Part shown: positions 1 through 10,627 of the stretch, piece by piece
Position numbering within the stretch: position 1 is the stretch's first letter
Layout: each line of letters starts with the position of its first letter
Assembly (NCBI GenBank): GCA_043731705.1
Contig: JAYTIQ010000124.1
Coordinates: 1-40,806 of the forward strand
Reading direction: 5' to 3'
Source: Rugosibacter sp.
GTDB lineage: Bacteria; Pseudomonadota; Gammaproteobacteria; Burkholderiales; Rhodocyclaceae
Length of the DNA stretch: 40,806 nucleotides
Made by a program: the position numbers and the translations under genes
The notes under the pieces: model-generated
Databases searched by the model: none
Told to the model about the DNA's origin: nothing
What the model saw: the letters and a program-made list of their open reading frames with translations, nothing else

Positions 1-272
1 CGACACAGCATGGGATGCTGTTCGTATTTCCAGTGGCTGCAAAACATTGTATGTGGATGAAGAATACTTATCTTCCACTTTCAGTCGCCTTTTTAGATGA
101 ACAGGGAGCTATTATTAATGTTGAGGAAATGGATCCGCAGACTGAGAACAACCACTGTGCTTTGAAGCCAGCGCGTTATGCTTTGGAAATGAATGCAGGT
201 TGGTTTAAAAGTCGAGGTTTGGAACCTGGTTTCAAGATAGTTGGGCTTAGTAAGCTAACCGCTAACTATTAA
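1..272 (+). CDS. DUF192-family protein, 5' truncated by window edge
   Basis: GMLFVF...MWMKNTYLPLSVAFLDE...YALEMNAGWF matches the DUF192 pattern; frame is open to the window start. Confidence 0.85.
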   Translation, partial: TQHGMLFVFPVAAKHCMWMKNTYLPLSVAFLDEQGAIINVEEMDPQTENNHCALKPARYALEMNAGWFKSRGLEPGFKIVGLSKLTANY

Positions 273-346
273 TGGACTAATATCACCAAATTTTGCCTTG
301 CTTTCCTCGTTTTTTAAGTTTAGGTTGGGAATCATAAAAAATAGCT

Positions 347-374
347 AAAAAAAAGCTACCCTACGGCAGCTTTT
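347..374 (-). terminator. Intrinsic terminator of rpsT (possibly bidirectional)
   Basis: Plus strand AAAAGCTACC-CTAC-GGCAGCTTTT; the A/C mismatch becomes G-U on the minus strand, followed by a U8 run. Confidence 0.75.
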
Positions 375-407
375 GATCTGTTTTTTATGGTCTCTTAGCG
401 ATTTGAT

Positions 408-668
408 TTACAGTGCTTTAATTGCAGCAGACAAACGACTTTTTTGGCGAGCCACAAGATTTTTATGGACAATCTTTTTGTCAGCGATTGAGTCTATGAT
501 TTTTTGTGATTCAACAAAAACAGCCTGTGCACCAGCTTTGTCGCCTGCTGCGATTGCTTTACGTACTTTTTTGATGGCAGTGCGCAGTGACGACCGTTGA
601 TCCATATTGTGGATGCGTTGATTGGCAGATTGGCGTGCGCGCTTGCGAGCTTGTACTGTGTTGGCCAT
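408..668 (-). CDS. rpsT: 30S ribosomal protein S20
   Basis: [13 protein letters not shown]...[15 protein letters not shown]...HKN...KSRL; 86 aa. Confidence 0.98.
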   Translation of the reverse strand: MANTVQARKRARQSANQRIHNMDQRSSLRTAIKKVRKAIAAGDKAGAQAVFVESQKIIDSIADKKIVHKNLVARQKSRLSAAIKAL

Positions 669-713
669 AATGAATGATTATCTAATAAAAGGTAAAAGCA
701 TGAAAGAAGAGGC

Positions 714-742
714 ATTATAAAAGATTCTTTTACAAGGCGCAA
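714..742 (-). promoter_or_regulatory. Sigma70 promoter of rpsT
   Basis: Minus strand TTGCGC-N17-TATAAT. Confidence 0.7.
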
Positions 743-829
743 GGTTAAATCGGGTTAAAGAAGTAGGATGGCTAACAGGATTTAGTGCCTTTTTGTCCTG
801 GTTGATTGGTTGAGTTGCTTGTATGAGGT

Positions 830-2179
830 TTAAGACTTGTTCAGAGGATCTTCAAACAAACATGTTGTTAGCACTTGTGCTGTCACGTGACCTGTTGCCA
901 GTTCGACCGCGATTTGGTTTCCTGAGTTCAGCGCACCGGCATGGCTTACTACCGTACCCTGCGCGTTACGGACAATGGCGAATCCACGTGCTAGCGTATT
1001 GCGTGGATTAAGGTGCTCCAGAGCTTTGGAAAGAGGGTGGAGTGCGTTATTCTTTTGTAAGAAAAACCTACTTTTTTCAGTTGCTAAACGTTGCTTAATC
1101 AAGGCTAGTTGTCCTTGGCGGCTTTCTATACGCGGTGCGAGGTGGTTAAAATGTATCCGAATATGATTAATACATTCGTGATGTCTATGCATAGAGCTTG
1201 CCAGTGCAGCATTTAGTTTGGAACCGAGCAATTGCACCTGATCTTGCCGACGCTTTATAGTATTGACCGGGTGTGTCAGTCGAAGTGCCATATGGTCAAG
1301 CCGCTGCTGATCACGTGACAGACGATACTGCATTGTGTTGTTGAGTTTCTGATTCAGACCAATGATTTTTTGTGGCATGACATGCCAATGTTGTGTTGCT
1401 AGCTCAGCTGCTGCGGTGGGTGTTGGTGCACGTAAATCGACAACAAAATCAGCAATTGTGGTATCCGTTTCGTGGCCAACACCGCTGATCATTGGTAGGG
1501 TGCTGCTGGCAATAGCGTAGGCGACAATTTCTTCATTGAATGCCCATAAATCTTCAATGCTTCCACCGCCACGGACTAGCAGTAAAAGATCGCATGCATT
1601 GTGGTGTGTTGCGGAGGCAATTGCTTGAGCAATCCCTCTGGCTGCCATTTCACCCTGTACCAAGGTTGGGTAGAGAATAATGGTCAAATGGGGTGCGCGA
1701 CGGTTGAGTGAGGATAAAACATCGTGTAAAGCAGCGGCCTGGGGGGAGCTGATAATCCCGATTCGATTAGGTAGGTGTGGTAGAGGTTTTTTTCTCTCGA
1801 CTGCGAACAAACCTTCCATAGCAAGCTTTTGTTTCAGGCGTGAGAATTCCTCAAATAATCGCCCCAAGCCTGCGCGGCGAATCGCCTCAATATTTAACTG
1901 AAAATCACCGCGCGGTTCATAAAGTGATACTAACGCCCGTGCTTCAACTTGTTGCCCATTTTCCAATCGCCAAGGCACTGTCTGCGCACGTAGGCGAAAC
2001 ATAACGCAACGTGCTTGCGCTGTAGTGTCCTTCAGCGTGAAATAAACATGGCCCGATACTGCACGCATCAGATTTGAAATTTCACCGGTTACCCAAAGTA
2101 GAGGAAATGCGTGCTCTAACGTTTGGCGGGTAAGGCGATTCAATTCACTAATACTTATCACTAAAGGAGGTACAGTCAT
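830..2179 (-). CDS. xseA: Exodeoxyribonuclease VII large subunit
   Basis: WVTGEISN, SGHVYFTLKD, RGGGSIEDLWAFNEE, SGVGHETD, APTPTAAAE, TLARGF motifs. Confidence 0.97.
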   Translation of the reverse strand: MTVPPLVISISELNRLTRQTLEHAFPLLWVTGEISNLMRAVSGHVYFTLKDTTAQARCVMFRLRAQTVPWRLENGQQVEARALVSLYEPRGDFQLNIEAIRRAGLGRLFEEFSRLKQKLAMEGLFAVERKKPLPHLPNRIGIISSPQAAALHDVLSSLNRRAPHLTIILYPTLVQGEMAARGIAQAIASATHHNACDLLLLVRGGGSIEDLWAFNEEIVAYAIASSTLPMISGVGHETDTTIADFVVDLRAPTPTAAAELATQHWHVMPQKIIGLNQKLNNTMQYRLSRDQQRLDHMALRLTHPVNTIKRRQDQVQLLGSKLNAALASSMHRHHECINHIRIHFNHLAPRIESRQGQLALIKQRLATEKSRFFLQKNNALHPLSKALEHLNPRNTLARGFAIVRNAQGTVVSHAGALNSGNQIAVELATGHVTAQVLTTCLFEDPLNKS

Positions 2180-2305
2180 GCGCAGGATATATTCTTTAAA
2201 AGAATGAATACTAAACGATCAACAATCATTGACGTAGCTGTTTGAATTTTATCCGATCAAAAAAATCGCCTTTATTTAAAGTGAGTTAGATTGAACATTG
2301 CGCTG

Positions 2306-2340
2306 TTTTCCACGGAATTATCCACAGAATTTGGGGATAA
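2306..2340. promoter_or_regulatory. Cluster of three DnaA boxes (DARS-core-like arrangement)
   Basis: TTTTCCACG(2306-14)-GAA-TTATCCACA(2318-26, perfect)-GAATT-TGGGGATAA(2332-40, inverted, 1 mismatch). Confidence 0.75.
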
Positions 2341-2438
2341 CTCAGAGACTTTGTTGCAGGACGCGTCTTGACTGTATTGCCGAAGTGAGCCGTTCCAGCT
2401 AAAGTGCGACTTTCGTTGTTCACTGGGAGTTTGTCCAC

Positions 2439-3044
2439 GTGTTTGCAATTATTCAAGCGGCTGGGTGGCCTATATGGCCGTTGTTATTTGCTTCCGTTAT
2501 TGCGGTTGCATTGATTATTGAACGCGCAATGGTTTTGCGGCGTGTGAAAGTATTGCCTCCAGGCGTTTTGCAAGGCGTTATTGCAGAATATCGGCATAAC
2601 GGGGTGAGCGAAACTTTAATCAATAAAGTAGAAAATAATTCGCCTTTAGGTCGCGTATTGGCATCAGGTATACGCAACGCTAAAAGCTCGCGTGAAGTGA
2701 TGAAAGATTCTATTGAAGAATCAGGTCGTGGCGTGGCGCACGATCTTGAGCGTTATTTGACAACGCTGGGAACGATTGCAACGATTGCTCCACTGATGGG
2801 TCTTTTTGGTACGGTTGTCGGGATGATCGAAATTTTCGGTTCACCAACGGCCTCAGGTAATAACCCACAGGCACTAGCGCATGGGATTTCTGTTGCACTT
2901 TACAATACAGGGTTTGGTCTTGTTATCGCAATTCCGAGCATGATTGCCTATCGACATTTTCGTGCTCTGGTAGATGGATTCTTGGTTGAAATGGAAGAAG
3001 AGGCCATCAAGCTGGTTGAAATGATTCATGGCGATCGTAGCTAG
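2439..3044 (+). CDS. exbB: MotA/TolQ/ExbB proton channel family protein
   Basis: GTG start after GGGAG; TIATIAPLMGLFGTVVGMI and GISVALYNTGFGLVIAIP transmembrane motifs. Confidence 0.9.
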   Translation: MFAIIQAAGWPIWPLLFASVIAVALIIERAMVLRRVKVLPPGVLQGVIAEYRHNGVSETLINKVENNSPLGRVLASGIRNAKSSREVMKDSIEESGRGVAHDLERYLTTLGTIATIAPLMGLFGTVVGMIEIFGSPTASGNNPQALAHGISVALYNTGFGLVIAIPSMIAYRHFRALVDGFLVEMEEEAIKLVEMIHGDRS

Positions 3045-3053
3045 GCGATTGCG

Positions 3054-3473
3054 ATGAACTTTCAGCGGAATCGTCAACGTGAAATGCCGGAAATTAACCT
3101 CATTCCAATGATCGACGTATTGTTGGTGATTTTAATTTTTGTCATGATTACCACCACCTACTCAAAGTTTTCCGGCCTCGAAATTAATTTGCCAACGGCT
3201 GATGTACAGCAAAACAAAGAACAACCTGATGAAATTAATGTCGTCATCACGGCAGCAGGCGAGACGACGATCAATAAGGTACCCGTTGTCGGGCGTGATG
3301 TAGCTAGCCTGCAGCAGGCATTACAGCGCGCAACTGCCCCTGGCAAAGAGCCTGTGGTGATTATCAATGCAGATGCCAAGGCTATGCATCAAGCGGTGAT
3401 TGATGTGATGCAAGCTGCCCAATCTGCCGGGCTTTCGCATATTTCCTTTGCTACCCAGCAAGCCCAGCGCTGA
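3054..3473 (+). CDS. exbD: ExbD/TolR family protein
   Basis: EINLIPMIDVLLVILIF; VIINAD...HQAVIDVM; follows the exbB-family gene. Confidence 0.9.
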   Translation: MNFQRNRQREMPEINLIPMIDVLLVILIFVMITTTYSKFSGLEINLPTADVQQNKEQPDEINVVITAAGETTINKVPVVGRDVASLQQALQRATAPGKEPVVIINADAKAMHQAVIDVMQAAQSAGLSHISFATQQAQR

Positions 3474-4521
3474 ATCGGTAGGCAGCCCTGCTTTTTGGCA
3501 GCATCGTGGCTTGCTTGCCTGTTTTCTGTATCCCGTATCGCTGGTTTTTGCAGCTTTTGCTGCGTTACGTTTGCTGCTTTATCGTGTAGGTTTTTTTTCG
3601 ATACAGCGCGTGTCGGTGCCTGTCATTGTGATTGGTAATCTGACCGTTGGTGGTACAGGTAAAACACCCCTTATTCTTCATCTGGCGAGCTTGTTGCGCG
3701 AGCAAGGAATGCATCCTGGAATAGTGAGTCGCGGGTATCGTGGATCGGCAAAAAATGTGCTTGAAGTGACTGCTGATAGCGACCCCTTGGTTGTAGGAGA
3801 CGAGCCGCTATTACTTGCGCAACGCAGCCTGAGCCCGTTATTTATTGGTCGTGATCGTGCGCTTGCAGCACAAACCTTGTTATCTCGATACCCGGCTTGT
3901 GATGTGATTTTGTCTGACGATGGTTTGCAGCATTATCGTTTAGTGCGCGATATTGAAATTGCGGTTTTTGATCAGAGAGGCATGATGAATGGCTGGCGGC
4001 TTCCTGCTGGCCCGCTACGTGAGCCAGTCAGTCGATTGCGGCGAGTGGATGCCGTGGTTTTTAATAGCGTCGCTGCACCTCATGGAGTGTTTCCAGGGAC
4101 AGATTCAAAATTTCGCGCCGTATCACCAGTGCCGACTTTTGGGCGTCCTGTTTTTACTATGCATCTTCAAGGGCTGAGCTTTTATCGTCTGGGTCAAAAG
4201 CAAACAACCCGCCGTACCGGAGATTTTTTGGGTAAGCAGTTACATGCCGTTGCAGGCATAGGTTCGCCCCAGCGTTTTTTTGATCAGCTACAGGCAATGG
4301 GCTTGGTATTTGAGTCCCATCCATTTTCTGACCACCATGACTATCACTGTGAAGAACTGAATTTTTCTGGGGATGCGATTCTGACCACAGAGAAGGATGC
4401 CGTAAAATTTACCAGACTTAATTTGGCTTTGCCTGTCTGGGTGCTCCCCGTGACCGCAAACGTTAGCCCTGATCTTGTGGCTTTTATACTGGAGAAAATC
4501 AATGGATGCCCGACTACTTGA
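3448..4521 (+). CDS. lpxK: Tetraacyldisaccharide 4'-kinase (start uncertain)
   Basis: [44 protein letters not shown]. Confidence 0.96.
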   Translation: MLPSKPSAESVGSPAFWQHRGLLACFLYPVSLVFAAFAALRLLLYRVGFFSIQRVSVPVIVIGNLTVGGTGKTPLILHLASLLREQGMHPGIVSRGYRGSAKNVLEVTADSDPLVVGDEPLLLAQRSLSPLFIGRDRALAAQTLLSRYPACDVILSDDGLQHYRLVRDIEIAVFDQRGMMNGWRLPAGPLREPVSRLRRVDAVVFNSVAAPHGVFPGTDSKFRAVSPVPTFGRPVFTMHLQGLSFYRLGQKQTTRRTGDFLGKQLHAVAGIGSPQRFFDQLQAMGLVFESHPFSDHHDYHCEELNFSGDAILTTEKDAVKFTRLNLALPVWVLPVTANVSPDLVAFILEKINGCPTT

Positions 4522-4678
4522 AATACTTGTTTGCCCTATTTGCAAGGCTCCATTGGATTATCATAAAGCAGTATCCGAGCTGGTGTGCAAAGGGTGCAAA
4601 TTGGCTTTCTCGATCAAAGATGATATTCCCGTGATGCTCGAAGAATCCGCACGCAAACTCACGGCTGAAGAACTCTGA
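4502..4678 (+). CDS. ycaR: Trm112/YcaR-family small protein
   Basis: [15 protein letters not shown]...CKGC...IKDDIPVML; GGAG upstream of ATG 4502; usual position between lpxK and kdsB. Confidence 0.9.
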   Translation: MDARLLEILVCPICKAPLDYHKAVSELVCKGCKLAFSIKDDIPVMLEESARKLTAEEL

Positions 4679-5451
4679 TGCGCGTGCCCTTTCGCGTAGT
4701 GATTCCCGCACGCTGGGCGTCGACCCGCTTGCCCGGCAAGCCCTTAGCGGATATCGCCGGAAAACCGATGGTGGTGCGTGTGGCTGAAGTGGCTGCAAAA
4801 AGCGGTGCTGCGGAAATATGCATTGCAACGGATGATGAGCGGGTGATGCACGCCGTTGTAGCGCATGGTTTTGATGCCATCATGACCCATGTTGATCACG
4901 CCTCAGGAACTGATCGGTTGGCTGAAGTGGCCAAGCTGAAAGGCTGGGAGGACGAAGCGATTGTCGTTAATGTGCAAGGCGATGAGCCGTTAATTGATCC
5001 TGCGTTGATTGCCAGTGTTGCGATGGCATTAGCTGATGATGCAGAAGCGTCTATCGCCACGGCGGCGTATCCGTTGAGCGAGTTGGCTGAATTTTTAAAT
5101 CCGAATGTAGTTAAAGTCGTTGTTGATGGACAAGGCCGGGCGTTGTATTTTTCACGCGCGCCTATTCCCTGGCCACGGGATGCTTTTACTAACAATCCGC
5201 ATGTTTTTCCCGCTGGACTGCCCGTCCGTCGGCATATCGGTTTATATGCCTATCGCACGGTTTTTTTGCGGCAATACAACCAGCTGTTGCCAAGCGTGCT
5301 CGAGCAGTGGGAGTCTCTTGAGCAATTACGTGCGCTGGCAAATGGATTTGTTATTCGTGTTGTCGATTGTCTTGATGCGCCAGCGCCGGGCGTCGATACG
5401 CCAGAAGATTTGGCGCGTGTCAGGCTGGCGTTTGACCATACTGCGAATTGA
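4678..5451 (+). CDS. kdsB: 3-deoxy-manno-octulosonate cytidylyltransferase
   Basis: [52 protein letters not shown]. Confidence 0.97.
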   Translation: MRVPFRVVIPARWASTRLPGKPLADIAGKPMVVRVAEVAAKSGAAEICIATDDERVMHAVVAHGFDAIMTHVDHASGTDRLAEVAKLKGWEDEAIVVNVQGDEPLIDPALIASVAMALADDAEASIATAAYPLSELAEFLNPNVVKVVVDGQGRALYFSRAPIPWPRDAFTNNPHVFPAGLPVRRHIGLYAYRTVFLRQYNQLLPSVLEQWESLEQLRALANGFVIRVVDCLDAPAPGVDTPEDLARVRLAFDHTAN

Positions 5452-5460
5452 CGGTATCTT
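5432..5460 (+). promoter_or_regulatory. Sigma70 promoter for adk-pfp-hppA, overlapping the kdsB 3' end
   Basis: TTGACC-N17-TATCTT followed by GC-rich CGCGCC. Confidence 0.6.
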
Positions 5461-5517
5461 CGCGCCGATAGAAAAAATGCTTAAAAAATATTTCCAATTT
5501 AATTTTTCGGGGTTTGA

Positions 5518-6177
<660 letters not shown>

Positions 6178-6187
6178 GTTTCCTGCC

Positions 6188-7447
6188 ATGGCCATTAAAA
6201 ACGCTTTTTATGCACAGTCGGGTGGCGTCACCGCCGTCATCAATGCTTCAGCTTGTGCAGTCATTGAGACGGCACGCGCGCATCCTGACCGTATCGGCAA
6301 GGTGCTGGCCGGGCGCGATGGCATCATTGGTGCACTAACTGAAGACTTGATCGATACGTCGCTTGAATCTGCCGTCGATATCGCACGCTTGCGTCACACG
6401 CCGGGCGGCGCGTTTGGTTCGTGTCGCTATAAACTCAAAAGCCTGGAGCAGAGTCGGCGTGAATTTGAGCGGTTGATTGAAGTCTTTCGCGTTCACGATA
6501 TTGGCTATTTTTTCTACAATGGTGGTGGCGACTCAGCGGATACCTGTCTTAAAGTATCTCAGCTCTCAGCTGCCCTTGGCTTTCCTTTGCAAGCCATCCA
6601 TATCCCAAAAACCGTTGATAACGATTTGCCACTGACTGATACCTGTCCCGGTTTTGGTTCGGTGGCGAAATATGTCGCCACCTCCATGCGCGAGGCCGGG
6701 CTTGACGTCGCCTCAATGGCCAGAACATCAACCAAAGTATTCGTGTTTGAAGTCATGGGCCGTCATGCCGGATGGATCACCGCTGCATGTGCCCTGGCCG
6801 CTAGAAATGAAGGTGAAGCGCCGCATCTTCTGTTGCTGCCAGAAATTCTGTTTGACGAGGCTCGATTCCTGGCCCGCGTCAAAGAGTGCGTTGATCGTTA
6901 TGGTTACTGCGCGATTGCCGTGTCGGAAGGGTTGCTCGGGCCGGATGGCAAGCTGCTGGCCGGAGCGGGCACGACCGATGCCTTTGGACATGCGCAGCTG
7001 GGGGGTATCGGGCCGCAGATCGCGCAACTGGTTAAAGAACGGCTTGGCTATAAATTTCACTGGGCTGTTGCCGATTACCTGCAGCGGGCTGCGCGGCATA
7101 TTGCCTCGAAAACGGATGTCGAACAGGCGTATGCGGTTGGCAAGGCGGCAGTTGAGATGGCACTTGCCGGCAAGAATGCTGTGATGCCGGCGATTCGCCG
7201 TCTGGCAGACCATCCTTATCGTTGGGATATCGTCGAGGCTCCGCTTGATCAAGTTGCGAATGTTGAACGCAAGATGCCAGCGGAGTTTATAACTGCCGAT
7301 GGTTTTGGAATTACAGACGCAGCTCGCCGTTACCTTGCGCCGCTCATTGCCGGGGAAGACACACCTCCCTTTCGCGATGGTTTGCCGGATTACGTGAGTC
7401 TGCAGAATGTAAGTGTGGCAAGAAAGCTGGAGAACTTTTCAATTTGA
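6188..7447 (+). CDS. pfp: Pyrophosphate-dependent 6-phosphofructokinase
   Basis: QSGGVTAVIN, NGGGDS (Asp) and PKTVDND (Lys) PPi-type signatures, EVMGRHAGW, DAFGHAQLGG. Confidence 0.88.
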   Translation: MAIKNAFYAQSGGVTAVINASACAVIETARAHPDRIGKVLAGRDGIIGALTEDLIDTSLESAVDIARLRHTPGGAFGSCRYKLKSLEQSRREFERLIEVFRVHDIGYFFYNGGGDSADTCLKVSQLSAALGFPLQAIHIPKTVDNDLPLTDTCPGFGSVAKYVATSMREAGLDVASMARTSTKVFVFEVMGRHAGWITAACALAARNEGEAPHLLLLPEILFDEARFLARVKECVDRYGYCAIAVSEGLLGPDGKLLAGAGTTDAFGHAQLGGIGPQIAQLVKERLGYKFHWAVADYLQRAARHIASKTDVEQAYAVGKAAVEMALAGKNAVMPAIRRLADHPYRWDIVEAPLDQVANVERKMPAEFITADGFGITDAARRYLAPLIAGEDTPPFRDGLPDYVSLQNVSVARKLENFSI

Positions 7448-7477
7448 TTTAGCTTAAATAACGACAGGAGAGAGAGT

Positions 7478-9565
7478 ATGTCGCAAGGACTGATGTTTGC
7501 ATTGATCTGCGCTGTATTGGCTATTGTTTATGGTGCTATTTCAAGTCGCTGGGTATTGGCGCAATCTGCTGGTAACGATCGAATGCGCGAAATTGCCGCA
7601 GCCATTCAGGAGGGTGCGCAAGCCTACCTGAATCGACAATACACAACCATCGGTGCGGTGGGTGTCATTCTCGCTGTTGTTATCTGGTTTACTCTTGGTT
7701 GGCAAACGTCTGTCGGATTTGTCATCGGTGCCGTGTTGTCAGGTGCTGCAGGCTACATTGGCATGAATGTTTCCGTGCGGGCGAACGTGCGTACGGCAGA
7801 AGCGGCTCGCGTCGGCCTCAATGAGGCGTTGAATGTTGCGTTTCGGGGTGGTGCAATTACGGGCATGCTGGTTGTGGGCTTGGGTTTGCTCGGGGTTACG
7901 GGTTACTACGTGCTACTTAAAAGTCTGGGCGGAACAACCGCGACATTGGAAAGCATTGTGCATCCGCTTGTCGGCCTTGGGTTTGGTTCTTCGCTGATTT
8001 CCATTTTTGCGCGTCTTGGTGGTGGCATTTTTACCAAGGGTGCTGATGTGGGTGCTGACTTGGTTGGCAAAGTCGAAGCGGGTATTCCGGAAGATGATCC
8101 GCGTAATCCTGCGGTCATTGCGGACAACGTGGGCGATAACGTCGGTGATTGTGCAGGTATGGCCGCTGATCTTTTCGAGACTTATGCAGTCACAATCGTA
8201 GCGACGATGTTGTTAGGCGCTTTGTTGTTCAAATCTTCTGACTTAATGGCTGAAGCGGCGATATCGTATCCGCTGGTGCTGGGTGGCTTCTCCATCATCG
8301 CTTCCATCGTTGGGGCAATGTTTGTCAAAACCTCACCCGGCGGAAAAATCATGAATGCGCTTTACAGAGGCTTGCTGGTTGCTGGCGGTATGGCGCTGAT
8401 CGCTTTTTATCCCCTAACAACCTGGATGATTAATGATCATCTGCTCGATGCAGTTCTTGGCATTAGCGGTGGCTCGCAAATGCGGCTGTATGGCGCTTCA
8501 ATCGTTGGTCTGGTGTTGACTGGGTTGATGGTCTATATCACCGAGTACTACACCGGCACTGAATTCAAGCCAGTGCGGCACATTGCTGAAGCATCAACCA
8601 CAGGACATGGCACGAACATTATTGCCGGCCTTGGGGTGTCCATGAAATCCACCGCTTGGCCTGTGTTGTCAGTGTGCGCTGCGATCTGGGCTTCTTACAC
8701 CTTGGGCGGGCTCTATGGTATTGCCATTGCGGCAGTATCCATGTTGTCGATGGCGGGCATCATTGTTGCGCTGGATGCGTATGGACCGATCACGGATAAC
8801 GCAGGCGGCATTGCCGAAATGGCCGATTTACCTGCTTCAGTGCGCGGCATTACTGACCCATTGGATGCTGTGGGCAACACGACAAAAGCCGTCACCAAGG
8901 GCTATGCCATTGGTTCAGCAGGGCTGGCGGCGTTGGTGTTGTTTGCCGACTTTACCCATGGCCTGCAGGCTATGGGCAAGAGTTTCGCTTTTGATCTGTC
9001 AGACCCTGCGGTAATTATTGGTCTTTTTATTGGCGGTCTGATTCCTTACCTCTTTGGGGCTATGGCGATGGAGGCGGTGGGCCGTTCAGCGGGTGCGGTC
9101 GTGGTTGAAGTACGGCGCCAGTTTCGCGATATCAAAGGGATCATGGAAGGCACTGCCAAGCCGGAGTATGGAACGTGCGTAGATATGCTGACGAAAGCCG
9201 CAATCAAGGAAATGATGATTCCCTCATTGCTTCCTGTTTTAGTGCCGGTGGTAACAGCTTTTGGCATGAATGCGCTAATGGGCCCGGGAGCAGGCGTGCG
9301 GGCATTAGGCGGTGTGCTGATGGGCACCATTGTGACGGGTATTTTCGTTGCGATTTCCATGACCACTGGTGGGGGTGCCTGGGATAATGCCAAAAAATAT
9401 ATTGAAGATGGCCACTTTGGCGGCAAAGGCTCAGAAGCCCACAAGGCAGCCGTGACAGGGGATACTGTTGGCGATCCCTATAAAGATACGGCGGGCCCGG
9501 CAGTTAATCCATTGATCAAAATAATCAATATCGTGGCACTCTTGATTGTGCCGCTGGTAGCCTAG
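7478..9565 (+). CDS. hppA: Membrane proton-translocating pyrophosphatase, K+-independent type
   Basis: [32 protein letters not shown] (Lys determinant), [10 protein letters not shown]. Confidence 0.95.
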   Translation: MSQGLMFALICAVLAIVYGAISSRWVLAQSAGNDRMREIAAAIQEGAQAYLNRQYTTIGAVGVILAVVIWFTLGWQTSVGFVIGAVLSGAAGYIGMNVSVRANVRTAEAARVGLNEALNVAFRGGAITGMLVVGLGLLGVTGYYVLLKSLGGTTATLESIVHPLVGLGFGSSLISIFARLGGGIFTKGADVGADLVGKVEAGIPEDDPRNPAVIADNVGDNVGDCAGMAADLFETYAVTIVATMLLGALLFKSSDLMAEAAISYPLVLGGFSIIASIVGAMFVKTSPGGKIMNALYRGLLVAGGMALIAFYPLTTWMINDHLLDAVLGISGGSQMRLYGASIVGLVLTGLMVYITEYYTGTEFKPVRHIAEASTTGHGTNIIAGLGVSMKSTAWPVLSVCAAIWASYTLGGLYGIAIAAVSMLSMAGIIVALDAYGPITDNAGGIAEMADLPASVRGITDPLDAVGNTTKAVTKGYAIGSAGLAALVLFADFTHGLQAMGKSFAFDLSDPAVIIGLFIGGLIPYLFGAMAMEAVGRSAGAVVVEVRRQFRDIKGIMEGTAKPEYGTCVDMLTKAAIKEMMIPSLLPVLVPVVTAFGMNALMGPGAGVRALGGVLMGTIVTGIFVAISMTTGGGAWDNAKKYIEDGHFGGKGSEAHKAAVTGDTVGDPYKDTAGPAVNPLIKIINIVALLIVPLVA

Positions 9566-9582
9566 TTATCTGTAATGACTAG

Positions 9583-9612
9583 AAAACAGGCAGCCCGCAG
9601 GTTGCCTATTTT
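9583..9612 (+). terminator. Intrinsic terminator after hppA
   Basis: AGGCAGCC-CGCA-GGTTGCCT-ATTTT. Confidence 0.7.
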
Positions 9613-9633
9613 CACTTGTTGAGCTGACTCATT

Positions 9634-10164
9634 ATGAGCACGATCGACTCTATTTCGAATCTCGATTATCTCGGCGATGCGACGCCATTCATTGGCCGCA
9701 TCCATGAAATCATCGCGTCTATCCAGATGTTCGATGATTTTAGTAGTGCAGAAATCGCTGAGTTTTCTCGCTATATGCGCTGCTACCACGCACCGCAAGG
9801 CAGTGAAATCATTTGTGAAGGAGAGACGGGCGATTTCATGCTGTTGATTCTCGAAGGTAATGTTGAAGTTGTCAAAAAAGATGTGCGTGGGCAACCGCAA
9901 GTCCTCAGCATTGCTGACCCCGGTAAAATTCTGGGTGAAATGTCACTGATTGATGGCGAGCCACGTTTTGCCAGTTGCGTGTCGCTCACTCCGGTAGATT
10001 TTGCCGTGCTTGATCGGCAAAGCCTGTCGCGTCTGATTGCAGAAGAGCCTGCTCTGGGTATCAAGCTGCTGATGGAATTATTGATTCTGCTGAATCAGCG
10101 GTTGCGCAGTGTCAGTGGGCAACTTTTGGATTGTTTGGAAGCACGACGTTCGCGGATTCGATAA
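9634..10164 (+). CDS. Stand-alone cyclic-nucleotide-binding domain protein
   Basis: EIICEGETGDFMLLILEGNV...LGEMSLIDGEPRFAS; no C-terminal HTH. Confidence 0.88.
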   Translation: MSTIDSISNLDYLGDATPFIGRIHEIIASIQMFDDFSSAEIAEFSRYMRCYHAPQGSEIICEGETGDFMLLILEGNVEVVKKDVRGQPQVLSIADPGKILGEMSLIDGEPRFASCVSLTPVDFAVLDRQSLSRLIAEEPALGIKLLMELLILLNQRLRSVSGQLLDCLEARRSRIR

Positions 10165-10298
10165 GCATTCACCATCATTATTGCTTGAACGAATAAAAAG
10201 TCGGTGCTGGTGATACGGTATCTGACGAAAAAACTGTCAGTTTGCGCTTGAGCAGTATCTGAAATGCTAAATTTTTTGAAAACTTTCGCATTTGCCCA

Positions 10299-10327
10299 TT
10301 GATGGCGAAAGCGCTTTCAAGGATAAT
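10299..10327 (+). promoter_or_regulatory. Sigma70 promoter of tRNA-Leu(CAA)
   Basis: TTGATG-N17-GATAAT then GC-rich discriminator GCGGGCC. Confidence 0.6.
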
Positions 10328-10371
10328 GCGGGCCTCTGTAAGCCCAACTTGTTGCAACGGGTGAAATCCTG

Positions 10372-10456
10372 GCCGGGATGGCGGAATTGGTAGACGCAGC
10401 GGACTCAAAATCCGCCGCCGCAAGGTGTGGGGGTTCGAGTCCCCCTCCCGGCACCA
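10372..10456 (+). tRNA. tRNA-Leu(CAA)
   Basis: Acceptor GCCGGGA/TCCCGGC, anticodon arm GCGGA-CTCAAAA-TCCGC, long variable arm, GGTTCGAGT T-loop, encoded CCA; 85 nt. Confidence 0.97.
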
Positions 10457-10563
10457 GCAGTTTGATGACTATCGACTTTTTCTGCGAAGCTTTTAATTGC
10501 TTATGCAGATTCTTTCTTGGCGCATCAACTTCTACGTCGCCTGCATAAAATCCAGCATTTAAT

Positions 10564-10627
10564 TGATTAGTTTTGACTAATCAGGTTTGCCCTAGCCGGG
10601 GTTGAGCGCTATAATCTGCAAGTTTGC
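10564..10627 (+). promoter_or_regulatory. carAB promoter with upstream palindrome
   Basis: TGATTAGT-N4-ACTAATCA (10564-83), TTGCCC(10587-92)-N17-TATAAT(10610-15), predicted start GTTTGC at 10622. Confidence 0.7.

Noticed and set aside
2180-2438. oriC at the DnaA-box cluster
   Set aside because: Only three clustered boxes, no clear unwinding-element repeats, no dnaA/gidA/parAB context, and no strand-skew switch evident by eye; a DARS-like or regulatory role fits better
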